Assembly: GCA_039974935.1 (NCBI GenBank) | Contig: JBDWIC010000006.1 | Location: 93,434-157,433, forward strand | DNA: 64,000 nt | Reading direction: 5' to 3' | Source of the DNA: Lentilitoribacter sp. | Lineage (GTDB): Bacteria > Pseudomonadota > Alphaproteobacteria > Rhizobiales > Rhizobiaceae | In this document: piece after piece, positions 44,749 to 54,915 of the stretch | How positions within the stretch are numbered: the first letter of the stretch is position 1 | Layout of the letters: each line of letters opens with the position of its first letter | Program-made: the position numbers and the translations under genes | The notes under the pieces: model-generated | Databases searched by the model: none | Told to the model about the DNA's origin: nothing | What the model saw: the letters and a program-made list of their open reading frames with translations, nothing else

Positions 44749-44812
44749 CTCACTTAATTTAACCCTTAAAAAATTACATTTTGCTCGGTTGATGTCAAGA
44801 AGGTTTTCAGGT

Positions 44813-44824
44813 TATTACGTAATA
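44813..44824. promoter_or_regulatory. 12-bp perfect palindrome in the xylB / ROK-regulator divergent intergenic region (candidate operator)
   Basis: tattacgtaata lies 24 nt upstream of the regulator start. No experimental or consensus support. Confidence 0.2.
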
Positions 44825-44847
44825 GGGCATATTTAAAGGACAGGCGT

Positions 44848-46059
44848 TTGAGCAAAACAAAACAGGTTTATCTCTCTGATGACGTCAGAAAACAAAATCG
44901 ATTACGCATCATTTCGCAGTTTCGATTGCATGGAAAAAAGTCTCGAACAGAAATTAGCAAGCTTGCCGATTTAAGCGCCGGCACTGTGACTAATGTCAGC
45001 ACGATGTTGCTTGATGATGGTATTATTCAAGTTTGTCAGCCTGATATTACTGCGCAAGCTAATAACTCGCATGGGCGGCCGAGAGTGCAACTTGAATTAA
45101 ATCCTGATTACAGATTTGTCGTGGCAGGGTCGCTTACATTTAACTCAATATCGTTGTCAGTTGTGGATTATGTCGGTGATAAAATTGCTGCTATTCAAGA
45201 AAAAGTTTCACTCGAAAACTTAAATGGTCAAGACGTTGCGAAGACGATCTTAACGATGCTCAACTCTCTTGAGATGAAAGTTACACCATCTATATTTGTG
45301 TTAGGTGTGCAGGGGCTGACAAACAATAATGGCAGCGAAATATTGTGGTCACCCATCTTATCTGAAAGTGGGTTGAAGTTTGCTGATCATTTATCGCAAC
45401 TCTCCAAGGTGGAAGTGATTGTTGCAAATGATAGCGCCATGATCGCCAAAAGCCTGTCTAAAGATCAAGAATATCAAGATGGTACCTTTGCAGCGGTTCT
45501 GATGTCATATGGTATTGGCCTTGGTTTATACATTGATGGCGAACCGTTTCATGGTGCAAAATCTTCTGCATCTGAATTGGGGCACATATCATTTGAAGGT
45601 AATGACGGTGCGTTGTGCCGTTGTAAAAAACATGGATGTGTTGAAGCATATGCAAGTGATTATGCTATTTGGCGGCGCGCTAACCAGCTCGACCCAAAAT
45701 CTCTTCCAGATAAGCAGGTTACTGGAGAAGATATCGCCAAGATTATTCAAGAAGCAAAGCAGGGCGACGGACCAGCAAGAGAAGCGATACGTGAAGCGGG
45801 GCGCGCGATGGGCTTTGGTCTTGCGATCATGTTTGGATTGTTCGATGCGTTTCCAGTGGTATTTGTCGGGCGCGGTGCGCAGGCACTTGATTTGATGGAG
45901 GATGAAATTCGTAAGTCACTTAACGAGCATTTTCGTTTTCATAAGCAATTAGATGTTTCATTTACCCAAGCAAATGATGCTCTGATCCATGTCGAAAATG
46001 GCAGTTCCATCATTGGGTTAGAATGGCTTGACCAACAGGCAGCTTTTGGCGCGTCGTAA
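44848..46059 (+). CDS. ROK-family transcriptional regulator (N-terminal wHTH + ROK sugar-kinase fold)
   Basis: wHTH (KSRTEISKLADLSAGTVTNVSTML). ROK zinc motif GALCRCKKHGCVEAY. Divergent from xylBA. TTG start after AAGGA. Confidence 0.85.
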   Translation: MSKTKQVYLSDDVRKQNRLRIISQFRLHGKKSRTEISKLADLSAGTVTNVSTMLLDDGIIQVCQPDITAQANNSHGRPRVQLELNPDYRFVVAGSLTFNSISLSVVDYVGDKIAAIQEKVSLENLNGQDVAKTILTMLNSLEMKVTPSIFVLGVQGLTNNNGSEILWSPILSESGLKFADHLSQLSKVEVIVANDSAMIAKSLSKDQEYQDGTFAAVLMSYGIGLGLYIDGEPFHGAKSSASELGHISFEGNDGALCRCKKHGCVEAYASDYAIWRRANQLDPKSLPDKQVTGEDIAKIIQEAKQGDGPAREAIREAGRAMGFGLAIMFGLFDAFPVVFVGRGAQALDLMEDEIRKSLNEHFRFHKQLDVSFTQANDALIHVENGSSIIGLEWLDQQAAFGAS

Positions 46060-46343
46060 ACAGATTGTTTATTTGATGATAAATTTATCTTGGTTTTCTA
46101 TTTTAGCCCTGTAAAAGGGAGTTGATACATCAGCAATCCGGAATAATAGAACCAGCCTAGTAATAAAAATCATAGGTTGTTTAATGGGAATTTTTGTCTC
46201 ATTTTCCATTGTTTCATCCCAGTAATTTTACGGTTAATTAATACTTAAAACGCAATAACCATTGTTAAGGGGTGTGATTTTACACTGGTATGATGCCGTA
46301 GCCTGCTTTTGCATGTCATTATTAATGGACTTGGGTAGGGCTT

Positions 46344-48941
46344 ATGTGTATTTCCATTTTTAAATTCTTCGTTTTTTCAATTTGTGCGCTTCTTCTCGTT
46401 TCGGTGGATAGTTCGTTCGCTGTTGAGCAACCACCATCATGGGTAGCGGAACTTCAGACACAAATTGATGCGCAGCAAACCAACTCAGACCACATCTGGA
46501 CGATGACTGCCGCGGCACTTGTTTTAATGATGCAGTTTGGGTTTTTGCTTCTAGAGGCGGGAATGGTGCGGTCAAAAAACTCCATTAATGTGGCGCAAAA
46601 GAACATTTCCGATTTCTTCCTAGCAGTTGTGGTTTTCTACCTCTTTGGCTTTGGTTTGATGTTCGGTGTTAGCGAAAGCGGGTGGATCGGAAGCGTTTCT
46701 GAACTTGGTATGTTTGATAAGATGGATGAATGGCCATATACGTTCTTCGTTTTCCAGGCGGTGTTTGTAGGTACTGCAGCCACCATTGTTTCCGGCGCGG
46801 TTGCTGAACGTATGAAGTTTGGTGGGTATCTTCTCATATCAATTGTTATTGCGGCTTGTATCTATCCAGTATTTGGACATTGGGCGTGGGGCAATCTATT
46901 AAATGGTGATAATCCTGCATGGCTTGCAAATGCCGGATTTATAGATTTTGCGGGCTCTACGGTTGTTCATTCAATTGGCGCTTGGGTTGGTCTTGCCGGG
47001 ATTGTTGTCATGGGTGCGCGTCTCGGCCGATTTGGTAAAGATGGTAAGCCTATTGAAATTCAAGGCTATTCAACTGTTCTTTCCGCAGGTGGTGCAATTG
47101 TTCTGCTTGTCGGTTGGATTGGCTTTAACGGTGGTTCCACGACTGCTGGAACACCAGATTTTGCACGTGTTGTCGCAAACACGGTCATTGCAGCAGCATT
47201 TGGTGGTATTGCTTCAATGTTTATTGGCCGTTTTTACGATGGTCTTTATAATCCAACACGTTCGATAAACGGTCTGCTTGGCGGATTGGTTGGTATTACT
47301 GCTGGTTGCTTTGCTGTGGATCCGCAAGGTGCAGCAATCATCGGTCTTATTTGTGGCCTGTGCGTAGTTATAAGCGAAGAAATGATGCTACGTGTCTTCA
47401 AACTTGATGATGCGGTTGGCGCGGTTTCTGTGCACGGTATTGGCGGTGTAGTTGGCACGCTTCTTGTGGCCGCTTTTGCCACTCAAGACAATCTAATTGC
47501 AGCAACACGCTGGGATCAGTTTTTAGTGCAAGCACAAGGGGTAGCTGTCGCATTTGCATGGGCATTCCCGACTGCATTTATTGTCTTCAAAGTATTAGAT
47601 TTGCTGGTTGGTCTTCGGGTTTCAGAAGAAGAAGAGCATGAAGGTCTTAATGTGGCGGAGCACGGAGCATCATTAGGTACCGGCGAGCTACAGAAAGTTT
47701 TAGCCACATTGGTAACCGGAAGCGCCGATCTTGGAACGCGTTTGAAAGTAGAGCCGGGTGATGAAGCCGGGGAACTTGCCGAATTGTTCAATCTGCTTTT
47801 AAACAATCTTGAAGATGAGGAAAAAGCAAAGAGCCGAGATGCAGCTGAACGCGCTGCGTATGCTGAACAGGAAAAACATGCGGTTATGCAGATCTCCAAG
47901 ATCATTGATGCAGCTAGGAATGGTCAGCTTCAAGGGCGTATGGACCTTGAGGGTAAAACTGGTGTTATTAAAACGATTTCAGAAGGTTTGAATGGCTTGC
48001 TCGATGCAACATCAAATGTTGTCGGTGATATGAAAACATCTTTGTCCGAACTTGCAAATGGTCGTCTCAAAACGGTGGAATTGCAAAACGCGCAAGGTGA
48101 TTTTGCAGATATCAGACATTCATATAACGAAGCAACGTCGAAGATGACGAAGGTAATTCAAACCATAAGCTCAAGCTCAAAAGAGATCGATGGATCTGCC
48201 GGTCAATTGGATGAAACAGCTTCAAAAGTACGTAGCCAATCTGAAATTCAACGTACAAAAATAAATGAATCTACGCAGCGGCTCACAGAGATGGAGACCG
48301 CTATTTATGGGACTGCAAAAAATGCAGAAAACGCATCGTTAGCGGCTTCGGAGACAAGCAAATTATCTGAAATTTCGCACGAAAAGGCGAATATGGCCAT
48401 GCAGAGCATGGAGCAGATAAAAGAATCATCCGAAAAGGCACAAAAGTTCATTGAACTTGTAGATGACGTGGCATTTCAAACCAATATTCTTGCATTAAAC
48501 GCAGCGGTAGAGGCTGCACGTGCAGGGGAATCTGGAAAAGGTTTTGCCGTGGTTGCTCAGGAGATCAGAGATCTATCAATCAGGGTCGGAGATCTTTCGC
48601 AGGAGATTAGCGGCATCATGAAGGAGAATGATGTTTTGATTAAAGGCGGCGTAAGTGTCATGGATGAAATTAAAAATTCGCTCGGTCAGATTACTGATGT
48701 TGCACAAAACTCAGCACAAATTATTTCGCAGATTAGTAAAGCTTCAAAATCCGATACTCAGAATATTTCTGCGATAAAACACTTGGTTGATGATATTGAG
48801 GAGCTTATGCAATCAACACTTGGTGAAGCCCGCAAAACTTCTGAAGTCACAAGTTTGCTTCGTGATTTTTCAGCTGCATTACACAGCGATGTTTCACACT
48901 TTGATACGGACAATATGGCCCCGGGTTCAAAGGCGGCATAA
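46344..48941 (+). CDS. Ammonium transporter (Amt) fused to HAMP-like and methyl-accepting chemotaxis (MCP) signalling domains
   Basis: Residues ~1-26 are a signal peptide. Residues ~45-445 are an Amt core with DFAGSTVVH and [14 protein letters not shown] (twin His) and GHWAWG. HAMP-like [18 protein letters not shown] follows. The C-terminal MCP hairpin tip is [39 protein letters not shown] (nt ~48471-48570). Confidence 0.9.
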   Translation: MCISIFKFFVFSICALLLVSVDSSFAVEQPPSWVAELQTQIDAQQTNSDHIWTMTAAALVLMMQFGFLLLEAGMVRSKNSINVAQKNISDFFLAVVVFYLFGFGLMFGVSESGWIGSVSELGMFDKMDEWPYTFFVFQAVFVGTAATIVSGAVAERMKFGGYLLISIVIAACIYPVFGHWAWGNLLNGDNPAWLANAGFIDFAGSTVVHSIGAWVGLAGIVVMGARLGRFGKDGKPIEIQGYSTVLSAGGAIVLLVGWIGFNGGSTTAGTPDFARVVANTVIAAAFGGIASMFIGRFYDGLYNPTRSINGLLGGLVGITAGCFAVDPQGAAIIGLICGLCVVISEEMMLRVFKLDDAVGAVSVHGIGGVVGTLLVAAFATQDNLIAATRWDQFLVQAQGVAVAFAWAFPTAFIVFKVLDLLVGLRVSEEEEHEGLNVAEHGASLGTGELQKVLATLVTGSADLGTRLKVEPGDEAGELAELFNLLLNNLEDEEKAKSRDAAERAAYAEQEKHAVMQISKIIDAARNGQLQGRMDLEGKTGVIKTISEGLNGLLDATSNVVGDMKTSLSELANGRLKTVELQNAQGDFADIRHSYNEATSKMTKVIQTISSSSKEIDGSAGQLDETASKVRSQSEIQRTKINESTQRLTEMETAIYGTAKNAENASLAASETSKLSEISHEKANMAMQSMEQIKESSEKAQKFIELVDDVAFQTNILALNAAVEAARAGESGKGFAVVAQEIRDLSIRVGDLSQEISGIMKENDVLIKGGVSVMDEIKNSLGQITDVAQNSAQIISQISKASKSDTQNISAIKHLVDDIEELMQSTLGEARKTSEVTSLLRDFSAALHSDVSHFDTDNMAPGSKAA

Positions 48942-48956
48942 AACATTGGTTTACTA

Positions 48957-48990
48957 AAGAAAAACCCGCTCGGTTGAGCGGGTTTTTTTA
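48957..48990. terminator. Bidirectional rho-independent terminator between the Amt-MCP gene and dctM
   Basis: acccgctc-ggtt-gagcgggt hairpin flanked by an A-run and T7. Confidence 0.8.
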
Positions 48991-48993
48991 TGT

Positions 48994-50442
48994 TTAATTT
49001 CCATAAGCAATAGCGGGTAGCCAGGTCGATAATTCTGGGAAGTAGAACACAATTCCCAAACCAAGCAGCTGTACCAATACGAACGGTATGATACCGCGAT
49101 AGATATGCCCCAGTGTTATTTCCGGTGGACATACGCCTTTAAGATAAAACAGCGCAAAGCCAACGGGCGGGGTTAAGAACGAGGTTTGCAGAGTTACTGC
49201 CACAAGGATCGCAAACCATACAACAGATGGATTGTCTACCACACCATAGCCTTCAACCGGAAGATCAAGCGCAAGAACAACAGGCAGCATGAGCGGCATG
49301 ATGATCAATGTGATCTCAATCCAGTCTAGCAAGAAGCCCAAGCAGAAAATGATCAACAAGATAAAGCCAACAACAACATAAGGATTGTCAGAAGCCCCTG
49401 TTACCAAGTTTTCGATGATCTCATCACCACCATAGCGGCGCAGGATAAAAGCAAAGAAGCTTGCAGCAATAAAGATACCAACGATGTAACCGGATGTGTT
49501 GAGCGTTTGGCGCATCACATCTTTAAATACTTTTAGGTTAAGATTACGGCTGACAAATGCAAGGAATGTTGCGCCCATTGCACCAAGACCAGAAGCCTCT
49601 GTTGGTGTTGCAAGACCAAAGAAGATAGATCCAAGAACCAACAGGATTAATAGCAATGGCGGTACGACCGACAACGCAACATCCGCAATCACCTTCATAG
49701 ATACAGGTTCTCTGTTTTCCGGTAGTGGCATGGCTTTTGGATTAAGCACACCATAAATAATGATGAAAAGAATATATAATCCTCCAAGGATTAACCCTGG
49801 GAACAATGCACCCATAAACAAATCACCAAGGCTGATCGCCAATTGGTCAGACATGATCACCAACATAATCGATGGCGGGATCAAAATACCCAATGTGCCC
49901 GATGCAGCAATTGTTCCAGTTGCAATCTCTTTGGAGTAATTTTGGTTCATCATGGTCGGAATGCCCATAACGCCCAGTAACACCACAGAAGCACCAATAA
50001 CGCCTGTTGACGCGGCTAAGATAATGCCAATCAGCATAACAGATAATGCCAAGCCACCGCGAAGTGAGCCAAACAATGCCTGCATCGCCTTCATCATTTT
50101 CTGGGCAACGCCAGATTGATCAAGCATTAAGCCCATAAAGATAAACATTGGCAGCGCCACAAGAACAGGGTTTTTGATGACCCCGCCGAAGAACCGGCCA
50201 GAAATCGCGAACAGTTTTTTGTAGGTGATGCGTGTTTTATCAAAATCAATATATTGCGAAATTGCTTTGGCATTGGGATCAAGAACGAATTCTCCAAGTA
50301 CGCCAAATAGTAAGCCAACGCCTACAAGTGCAAATGCAACCGGTATTCCGCGAAACAGCATAAAGATGAAGGTAAGAAAAAGAAGCAGAACCAACAGTTG
50401 GTTCATATTCAACACGTTACCAATAAGGGATAAGATTTCCAT
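48994..50442 (-). CDS. dctM: TRAP transporter large permease subunit
   Basis: 482 aa polytopic DctM-type sequence. Adjacent to dctQ and dctP. Confidence 0.9.
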   Translation of the reverse strand: MEILSLIGNVLNMNQLLVLLLFLTFIFMLFRGIPVAFALVGVGLLFGVLGEFVLDPNAKAISQYIDFDKTRITYKKLFAISGRFFGGVIKNPVLVALPMFIFMGLMLDQSGVAQKMMKAMQALFGSLRGGLALSVMLIGIILAASTGVIGASVVLLGVMGIPTMMNQNYSKEIATGTIAASGTLGILIPPSIMLVIMSDQLAISLGDLFMGALFPGLILGGLYILFIIIYGVLNPKAMPLPENREPVSMKVIADVALSVVPPLLLILLVLGSIFFGLATPTEASGLGAMGATFLAFVSRNLNLKVFKDVMRQTLNTSGYIVGIFIAASFFAFILRRYGGDEIIENLVTGASDNPYVVVGFILLIIFCLGFLLDWIEITLIIMPLMLPVVLALDLPVEGYGVVDNPSVVWFAILVAVTLQTSFLTPPVGFALFYLKGVCPPEITLGHIYRGIIPFVLVQLLGLGIVFYFPELSTWLPAIAYGN

Positions 50443-50444
50443 GA

Positions 50445-51248
50445 TTATGCTGCCCCTGCAGTATTATCTTTTTTACGCGCCAATATGTAACTGACAATGA
50501 GCATGATGACGAAAAGCCCGATACCGTAATATGTTGAAGCTTCCAAAAGTGGTTCTCTGGAAATACGGCGATCTGCAATTTCAGTGTTGGTGAGACGAAC
50601 AAACCACCAAGATGCGTAGTAAAATATCCTCTCACAGGCAAAAACAGCAAATGGAAGAGCAGCGAGAAGCAATTTCCAAAATCTCACTTCTGTAAATCGC
50701 GCTAGGTGTCGATATAAAACTGAATAAGATGCAATGATGCCGATGAAAAACAACACTGGGAGTGAGAGCTTTAAAAGATAGAGCATATGAAGACCATTTG
50801 CGCTATCGGAACCTTCGCCAGCAACCCAGGAAGCCCACCCGTAGTGGATCATGACATCAGTCATGATGAGCATAAAAGGCATAAGCAACCAACCAACGCC
50901 AAACACCTCTATGCGGGCTTTCTTTTTTCTTGAATAATTTTGATGAAGAATATCAACGCGTACATGACTTTCAGTCGTAATGGCGTATCCAAATGCAGCG
51001 AGCATAGCAAAGCCATACATCCACCATTGGGCATCATCGAGCCAAGCCTGATTGTGGCCAAATTTTCGAATAATAACTTGTGTTACAATCGCGACCATCA
51101 ATATTGGGAATATCCATGCAACCACATTGCCAACACCGATAACCAGTCGATCACCCCAGAGGTGTTCTTCTTTATTGCGCTCTCCTGGGTCATTAATGGC
51201 AATTGATTTTGCAGCCACTTCAACGACATCCAAAGTACGATCAGGCAT
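50445..51248 (-). CDS. dctQ: TRAP transporter small permease subunit (long, 267 aa)
   Basis: 4-TM DctQ core with an N-terminal extension. Its stop is 2 nt from the dctM start. Confidence 0.8.
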   Translation of the reverse strand: MPDRTLDVVEVAAKSIAINDPGERNKEEHLWGDRLVIGVGNVVAWIFPILMVAIVTQVIIRKFGHNQAWLDDAQWWMYGFAMLAAFGYAITTESHVRVDILHQNYSRKKKARIEVFGVGWLLMPFMLIMTDVMIHYGWASWVAGEGSDSANGLHMLYLLKLSLPVLFFIGIIASYSVLYRHLARFTEVRFWKLLLAALPFAVFACERIFYYASWWFVRLTNTEIADRRISREPLLEASTYYGIGLFVIMLIVSYILARKKDNTAGAA

Positions 51249-51334
51249 AGTATGCTCCTAAAATGAGGTTGCCAACTTCATACAGAAAGGGCGACTTTAA
51301 TTGAAAAGCCGCCCTCAAAGGTTATCACGCAATA

Positions 51335-52372
51335 TTAGCGTGGAAGGTAGATGCTCTTAGACCAAGTTGCGTAACCTTTGCGGTATTCTGCAAGGTCAGC
51401 CCAAACTTTAGCGAAGAACTCGTCTTCTGCAGCTAGTTCTTGTGCAACAGCATTCCAGTTTTCTTCAAATGCAGCCAAGATTTCAGGGCTCCACTGCTTG
51501 ATTGTCACACCGTTATTTTCAGTGTTGTCAACCATTGCAGCAAAGTTTGTTGCTTCGCCTTCAGCCAAGTTTGTTGTGATGTTTGCAAGACAAGCAACTT
51601 TAATCTGCTCTTTTGCACGATCAGAAAGCTCTTCATATACATCTTTGTTGATCAAAAGCTCAAACAATGTTGATGGCTGGTGCCAACCTGGGAAGTAGTT
51701 GTACTTCGCAATTTTGTGGAAGCCCAAACGCGCATCAATACGAGGCATTGAGAATTCAGTTGCATCAATTGCACCACGCTCAAGAGCAGGGAAGATGTCA
51801 GACGCGCCTAGAAGTGATGTTGATACACCAAGACGTTCCATAACCTTCGCGCCAAGACCGAAGAAGCGCATGTTCAGACCCTTAAGGTCGTCCAATGTGT
51901 TGATTTCTTTTTTGAACCAACCTGATGTTTCAGGCGCGATCACGCCACACGGTGTAGCAACAACGTCATAACCGGCTTGGTCATACATTTCTTGCCAAAG
52001 TTTACCACCATTACCGTAAAGGATCCAACCCATGAACTCACCAGCTTCTGGTCCAAATGGAACAGCTGCGAAGAGTGAAGCTGCAGTGATCTTACCCTGC
52101 CAGTAACCTGATGTTGCATAACCTGCATCAACAGAACCGTTTGAGATCGCATCAAGTGCTTCTAGTGTAGGAACGAGTTTACCTGGATCGAAATGCTCAA
52201 ATTCCACATCTTCGGATATAGCATTGATTTTAGATACAAAATCCAGCGCAGCAGTACCAAGAATTGGTAGGTTTTGGCCGAATGACGATGTCATTTCCAG
52301 GCTGTCTTTTGCAGATGCAGAACCAGCCAATAAGGCGACACTTGCAACAGCAGCGAGTAAAGTTTTTTTCAT
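51335..52372 (-). CDS. dctP: TRAP transporter substrate-binding protein (DctP family, FcbT1/TakP-like subgroup by eye)
   Basis: Signal peptide MKKTLLAAVASVALLAGSASA. GWFKKEI..LDDLKGL.MR, ALERGAIDATEF, PGWHQP motifs. Confidence 0.85.
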   Translation of the reverse strand: MKKTLLAAVASVALLAGSASAKDSLEMTSSFGQNLPILGTAALDFVSKINAISEDVEFEHFDPGKLVPTLEALDAISNGSVDAGYATSGYWQGKITAASLFAAVPFGPEAGEFMGWILYGNGGKLWQEMYDQAGYDVVATPCGVIAPETSGWFKKEINTLDDLKGLNMRFFGLGAKVMERLGVSTSLLGASDIFPALERGAIDATEFSMPRIDARLGFHKIAKYNYFPGWHQPSTLFELLINKDVYEELSDRAKEQIKVACLANITTNLAEGEATNFAAMVDNTENNGVTIKQWSPEILAAFEENWNAVAQELAAEDEFFAKVWADLAEYRKGYATWSKSIYLPR

Positions 52373-52440
52373 GTATTCCTCCCAAAGAAATCACGATGTT
52401 AAAATTTGGACTAATCTGAATCCTCTATTCAGAACCAATG

Positions 52441-52463
52441 ATTGGTAAACTAAAATTACCAAT
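52441..52463. promoter_or_regulatory. 8-bp inverted repeat upstream of dctP (candidate operator)
   Basis: attggtaa-N7-ttaccaat lies ~70 nt upstream of the dctP ATG in an AT-rich intergenic region. Confidence 0.25.
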
Positions 52464-52599
52464 ATGATTAATCAATCCGTAATAATACCGACATAATTAT
52501 GGTTTCGGTAGCGACAATGTATACATAAATGAGCGCATGTGAAGCCCTAAATTAGAAGCTACAGTCTTTTCAATTTTAAATTGGGTTGTAGATTGGCGG

Positions 52600-53211
52600 T
52601 TAGAGACCGCCTTTATCTACTAAAAAGCTGACGATTTCGTCTGTGCCGTACCCGCGTTTCATATCGGTAAATATATGATCATCATTTGAGCGGACGCGTT
52701 TTGCATCGCGCTGCATGACGCTCAAATCAACCTCAACATGCGGTGCAAGGTCCTGCTTATTGATGACCAAAAGGTCTGAGCGTGTGATGGCAGGGCCACC
52801 TTTTCTGGGAATTTCTTCCCCCTGACATACAGAGATTACATAAATGGTCAGATCTGCAAGGTCTGGAGAAAATGTGGCAGCCAGGTTATCACCGCCGGAT
52901 TCGATAAAAATGACATCAAGATCAGGATGTGTCTCACATAATTGATCAATCGCGCGTAAGTTTAACGATGCATCTTCCCGAATTGCCGTGTGAGGACAGC
53001 CACCTGTTTCAACACCCACTACGCGATCTGAAGGCAAAGCTTGCATCCGCATAAGCGCTTCTGCATCTTCACGGGTATAAATATCATTGGTTAAAACGGC
53101 GAGGGAATACGTCTCCCGCATGGCTTTGCATAACTTCTCAGTTAGGGTCGTTTTGCCAGATCCAACAGGACCACCAATTCCAACGCGCAACGGACCATTA
53201 CCTTTAGCCAT
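52600..53211 (-). CDS. ureG: Urease accessory GTPase UreG
   Basis: [17 protein letters not shown]-loop, ESGGDNL, NKQDL. ATG at 53211 follows GGAG; the ORF opens at 53226. Confidence 0.95.
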   Translation of the reverse strand: MAKGNGPLRVGIGGPVGSGKTTLTEKLCKAMRETYSLAVLTNDIYTREDAEALMRMQALPSDRVVGVETGGCPHTAIREDASLNLRAIDQLCETHPDLDVIFIESGGDNLAATFSPDLADLTIYVISVCQGEEIPRKGGPAITRSDLLVINKQDLAPHVEVDLSVMQRDAKRVRSNDDHIFTDMKRGYGTDEIVSFLVDKGGL

Positions 53212-53256
53212 GTTTTTGAACTCCAATTTTTACGATCGTGATCAAGATTAATCTAA

Positions 53257-53919
53257 TTAAGATTGAAATATCCGCGATTCCATAGTTTCGTGTCGCATAG
53301 ATGAAATATCGGCGGTAATAGTAAAGCTTCCCAGGTCATCCAACGTTGTTTGCGAAGCGCGTTCTGTCAATTCAATCAACAAAGGTTCAAACCGCGCCAA
53401 AATTTTCAATGCATCATTTTGCCCAATGATAGATAGGCGAATTGCAGCTTGTAACTGATTGCTGACAAAAGCCTGTAGGTAAGTCAAAAGCGCGGGCGAT
53501 AATTCAATGCCAGCATCTGCGCATCTTGCCCCAACCGCAATGGGAAGTGCGCATTGGCTGGCGAGTGTTGAGCGATCCACATCCCACGCATTTGCAGCTT
53601 TTAAAAAAGCTGCACCCTGAGCTATCGTTTCGTGATGTCGTTCTTTAGTACCAGCCATAGCTTCTGCCAACGCGGATACCTCACCAAGATGAGAACCATC
53701 TTTGGCCAATTGCCAAGCATTTGAAAAAAAGACCGCGTCATTCCAAGTGCTACCATAATTTAAATAATCACTTAGCCAGTCAAAAAGTTGCTCAGCGTTT
53801 GTAACCATTCCGCTTTTGCTTGCCTGTTCCAGCCCGGCGCTATAGGCAAAGCTGCCAATTGGGAATACAGGGGATAGCCATGCCATCAATCTTAAAAGGG
53901 AAGTTCTATCATCAGTCAT
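53257..53919 (-). CDS. ureF: Urease accessory protein UreF
   Basis: [24 protein letters not shown] is a typical UreF N-terminus. The ATG overlaps the ureE stop (ATGACTGA). The ORF extension to 54018 was rejected. Confidence 0.9.
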   Translation of the reverse strand: MTDDRTSLLRLMAWLSPVFPIGSFAYSAGLEQASKSGMVTNAEQLFDWLSDYLNYGSTWNDAVFFSNAWQLAKDGSHLGEVSALAEAMAGTKERHHETIAQGAAFLKAANAWDVDRSTLASQCALPIAVGARCADAGIELSPALLTYLQAFVSNQLQAAIRLSIIGQNDALKILARFEPLLIELTERASQTTLDDLGSFTITADISSMRHETMESRIFQS

Positions 53920-54379
53920 GATGGTGATGATCACCTTTATGATGGCCGTGCGAGTGTCCAGAAGAATATGCGCCACCTTCAGGGTCAAACGGCGCTGTGA
54001 TTTCTTCAACTTTCGCACCTAAACCTAAAAGCATATCTTTGATGACATGATCTGCGCGGATAAACAAATGGTCCTTGAATATCTGCGTAGGCAGGTGGCG
54101 ATTGCCCAATTGCCAGGTGAGTGAAAGCAAATGATGGTCGTCATTGCCCGAAACTTTGAACAATAGTTCAGGTTCCGCACAGACTTCTATTAAACGCCCA
54201 TCATCAAGCATCAAACCTTCACCATGGCGAAGAAGCTTTGCCTCGGGTAAATCGAGCAAAAACTCTATGCCATTATCTGATTTCATCTTCATGCGACGTC
54301 GATGACGTGCTGTTTCATCCAAAGTGATGATGTCATCAGACTTATTGAAATCAAATGTAGTTTGGTTTGCTGTTATCAT
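53912..54379 (-). CDS. ureE: Urease accessory metallochaperone UreE
   Basis: UreE N- and C-domains. His-rich tail [17 protein letters not shown]. Confidence 0.9.
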   Translation of the reverse strand: MITANQTTFDFNKSDDIITLDETARHRRRMKMKSDNGIEFLLDLPEAKLLRHGEGLMLDDGRLIEVCAEPELLFKVSGNDDHHLLSLTWQLGNRHLPTQIFKDHLFIRADHVIKDMLLGLGAKVEEITAPFDPEGGAYSSGHSHGHHKGDHHHHD

Positions 54380-54594
54380 GGCATTGCCTTAATCATTTCA
54401 CGAATTTTTACAGCTTTTTCAAAATGATCGAGTTCATGTGTTTTAATCCACCAAGTTGCAGCTTCCATAAGTAATTCTGGATCTGTGTTTTTATTGGCGA
54501 AAAAGGCGTAGAATGACAAACCGACATTTTCGCCCTTTTGTTCGATCTTGGCGTTACAAACATCGATAATCTTTGCTTTTAATTCTGCACGCAT
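54376..54594 (-). CDS. Hypothetical 72-aa protein embedded in the urease operon
   Basis: ATGA overlap with the ureE start implies translational coupling. Predicted helical. No recognisable motif. Confidence 0.55.
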   Translation of the reverse strand: MRAELKAKIIDVCNAKIEQKGENVGLSFYAFFANKNTDPELLMEAATWWIKTHELDHFEKAVKIREMIKAMP

Positions 54595-54607
54595 GATTGA
54601 ACGTCTA

Positions 54608-54904
54608 CTATTTCACGACAACATCTTGAGGCGTAATAATCTCAATTTTCCGATCGAGGAAATACTCAGATGCAGCTTCGCGCCATGCTAAGAAATGTGG
54701 CTCAGTAAAGTGGTTGTCGACTGCTTCTTGCGTTTCCCAACGCTCAACAAAAGTCAGCGTGTTTTCCTCGGTCATGTTTTCAAACAAATCATAAGAAATG
54801 TTGCCAGCCTCTTTGCGTGTGCCTTCGATGCACGGCGCCACAAGTTTTCTTAGTGTTTCTTGGCTGCCAGGTTTGATTTTCAAAGTTGCGATCAAATAGA
54901 TCAT
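54608..54904 (-). CDS. ABM-domain protein (antibiotic biosynthesis monooxygenase / YgiN-like)
   Basis: 98 aa. The pattern I..L.IKPG...........TR.E.GN.SYDLF.........F.ERWE.QEA...H is typical of the ABM ferredoxin-like fold. Confidence 0.7.
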   Translation of the reverse strand: MIYLIATLKIKPGSQETLRKLVAPCIEGTRKEAGNISYDLFENMTEENTLTFVERWETQEAVDNHFTEPHFLAWREAASEYFLDRKIEIITPQDVVVK

Positions 54905-54915
54905 AGTAGTATCCC

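Noticed and set aside
46260-46343. Possible sigma-54 (GG-N10-GC) promoter upstream of the Amt-MCP gene
   Set aside because: The TGG and TGC elements present are not spaced as -24/-12 boxes, so no convincing match exists.
53920-54018. N-terminal extension of the ureF ORF overlapping ureE by ~100 nt
   Set aside because: The conserved UreF sequence begins at [11 protein letters not shown]. The ATG at 53919 forms the classic ATGACTGA overlap with the ureE stop.
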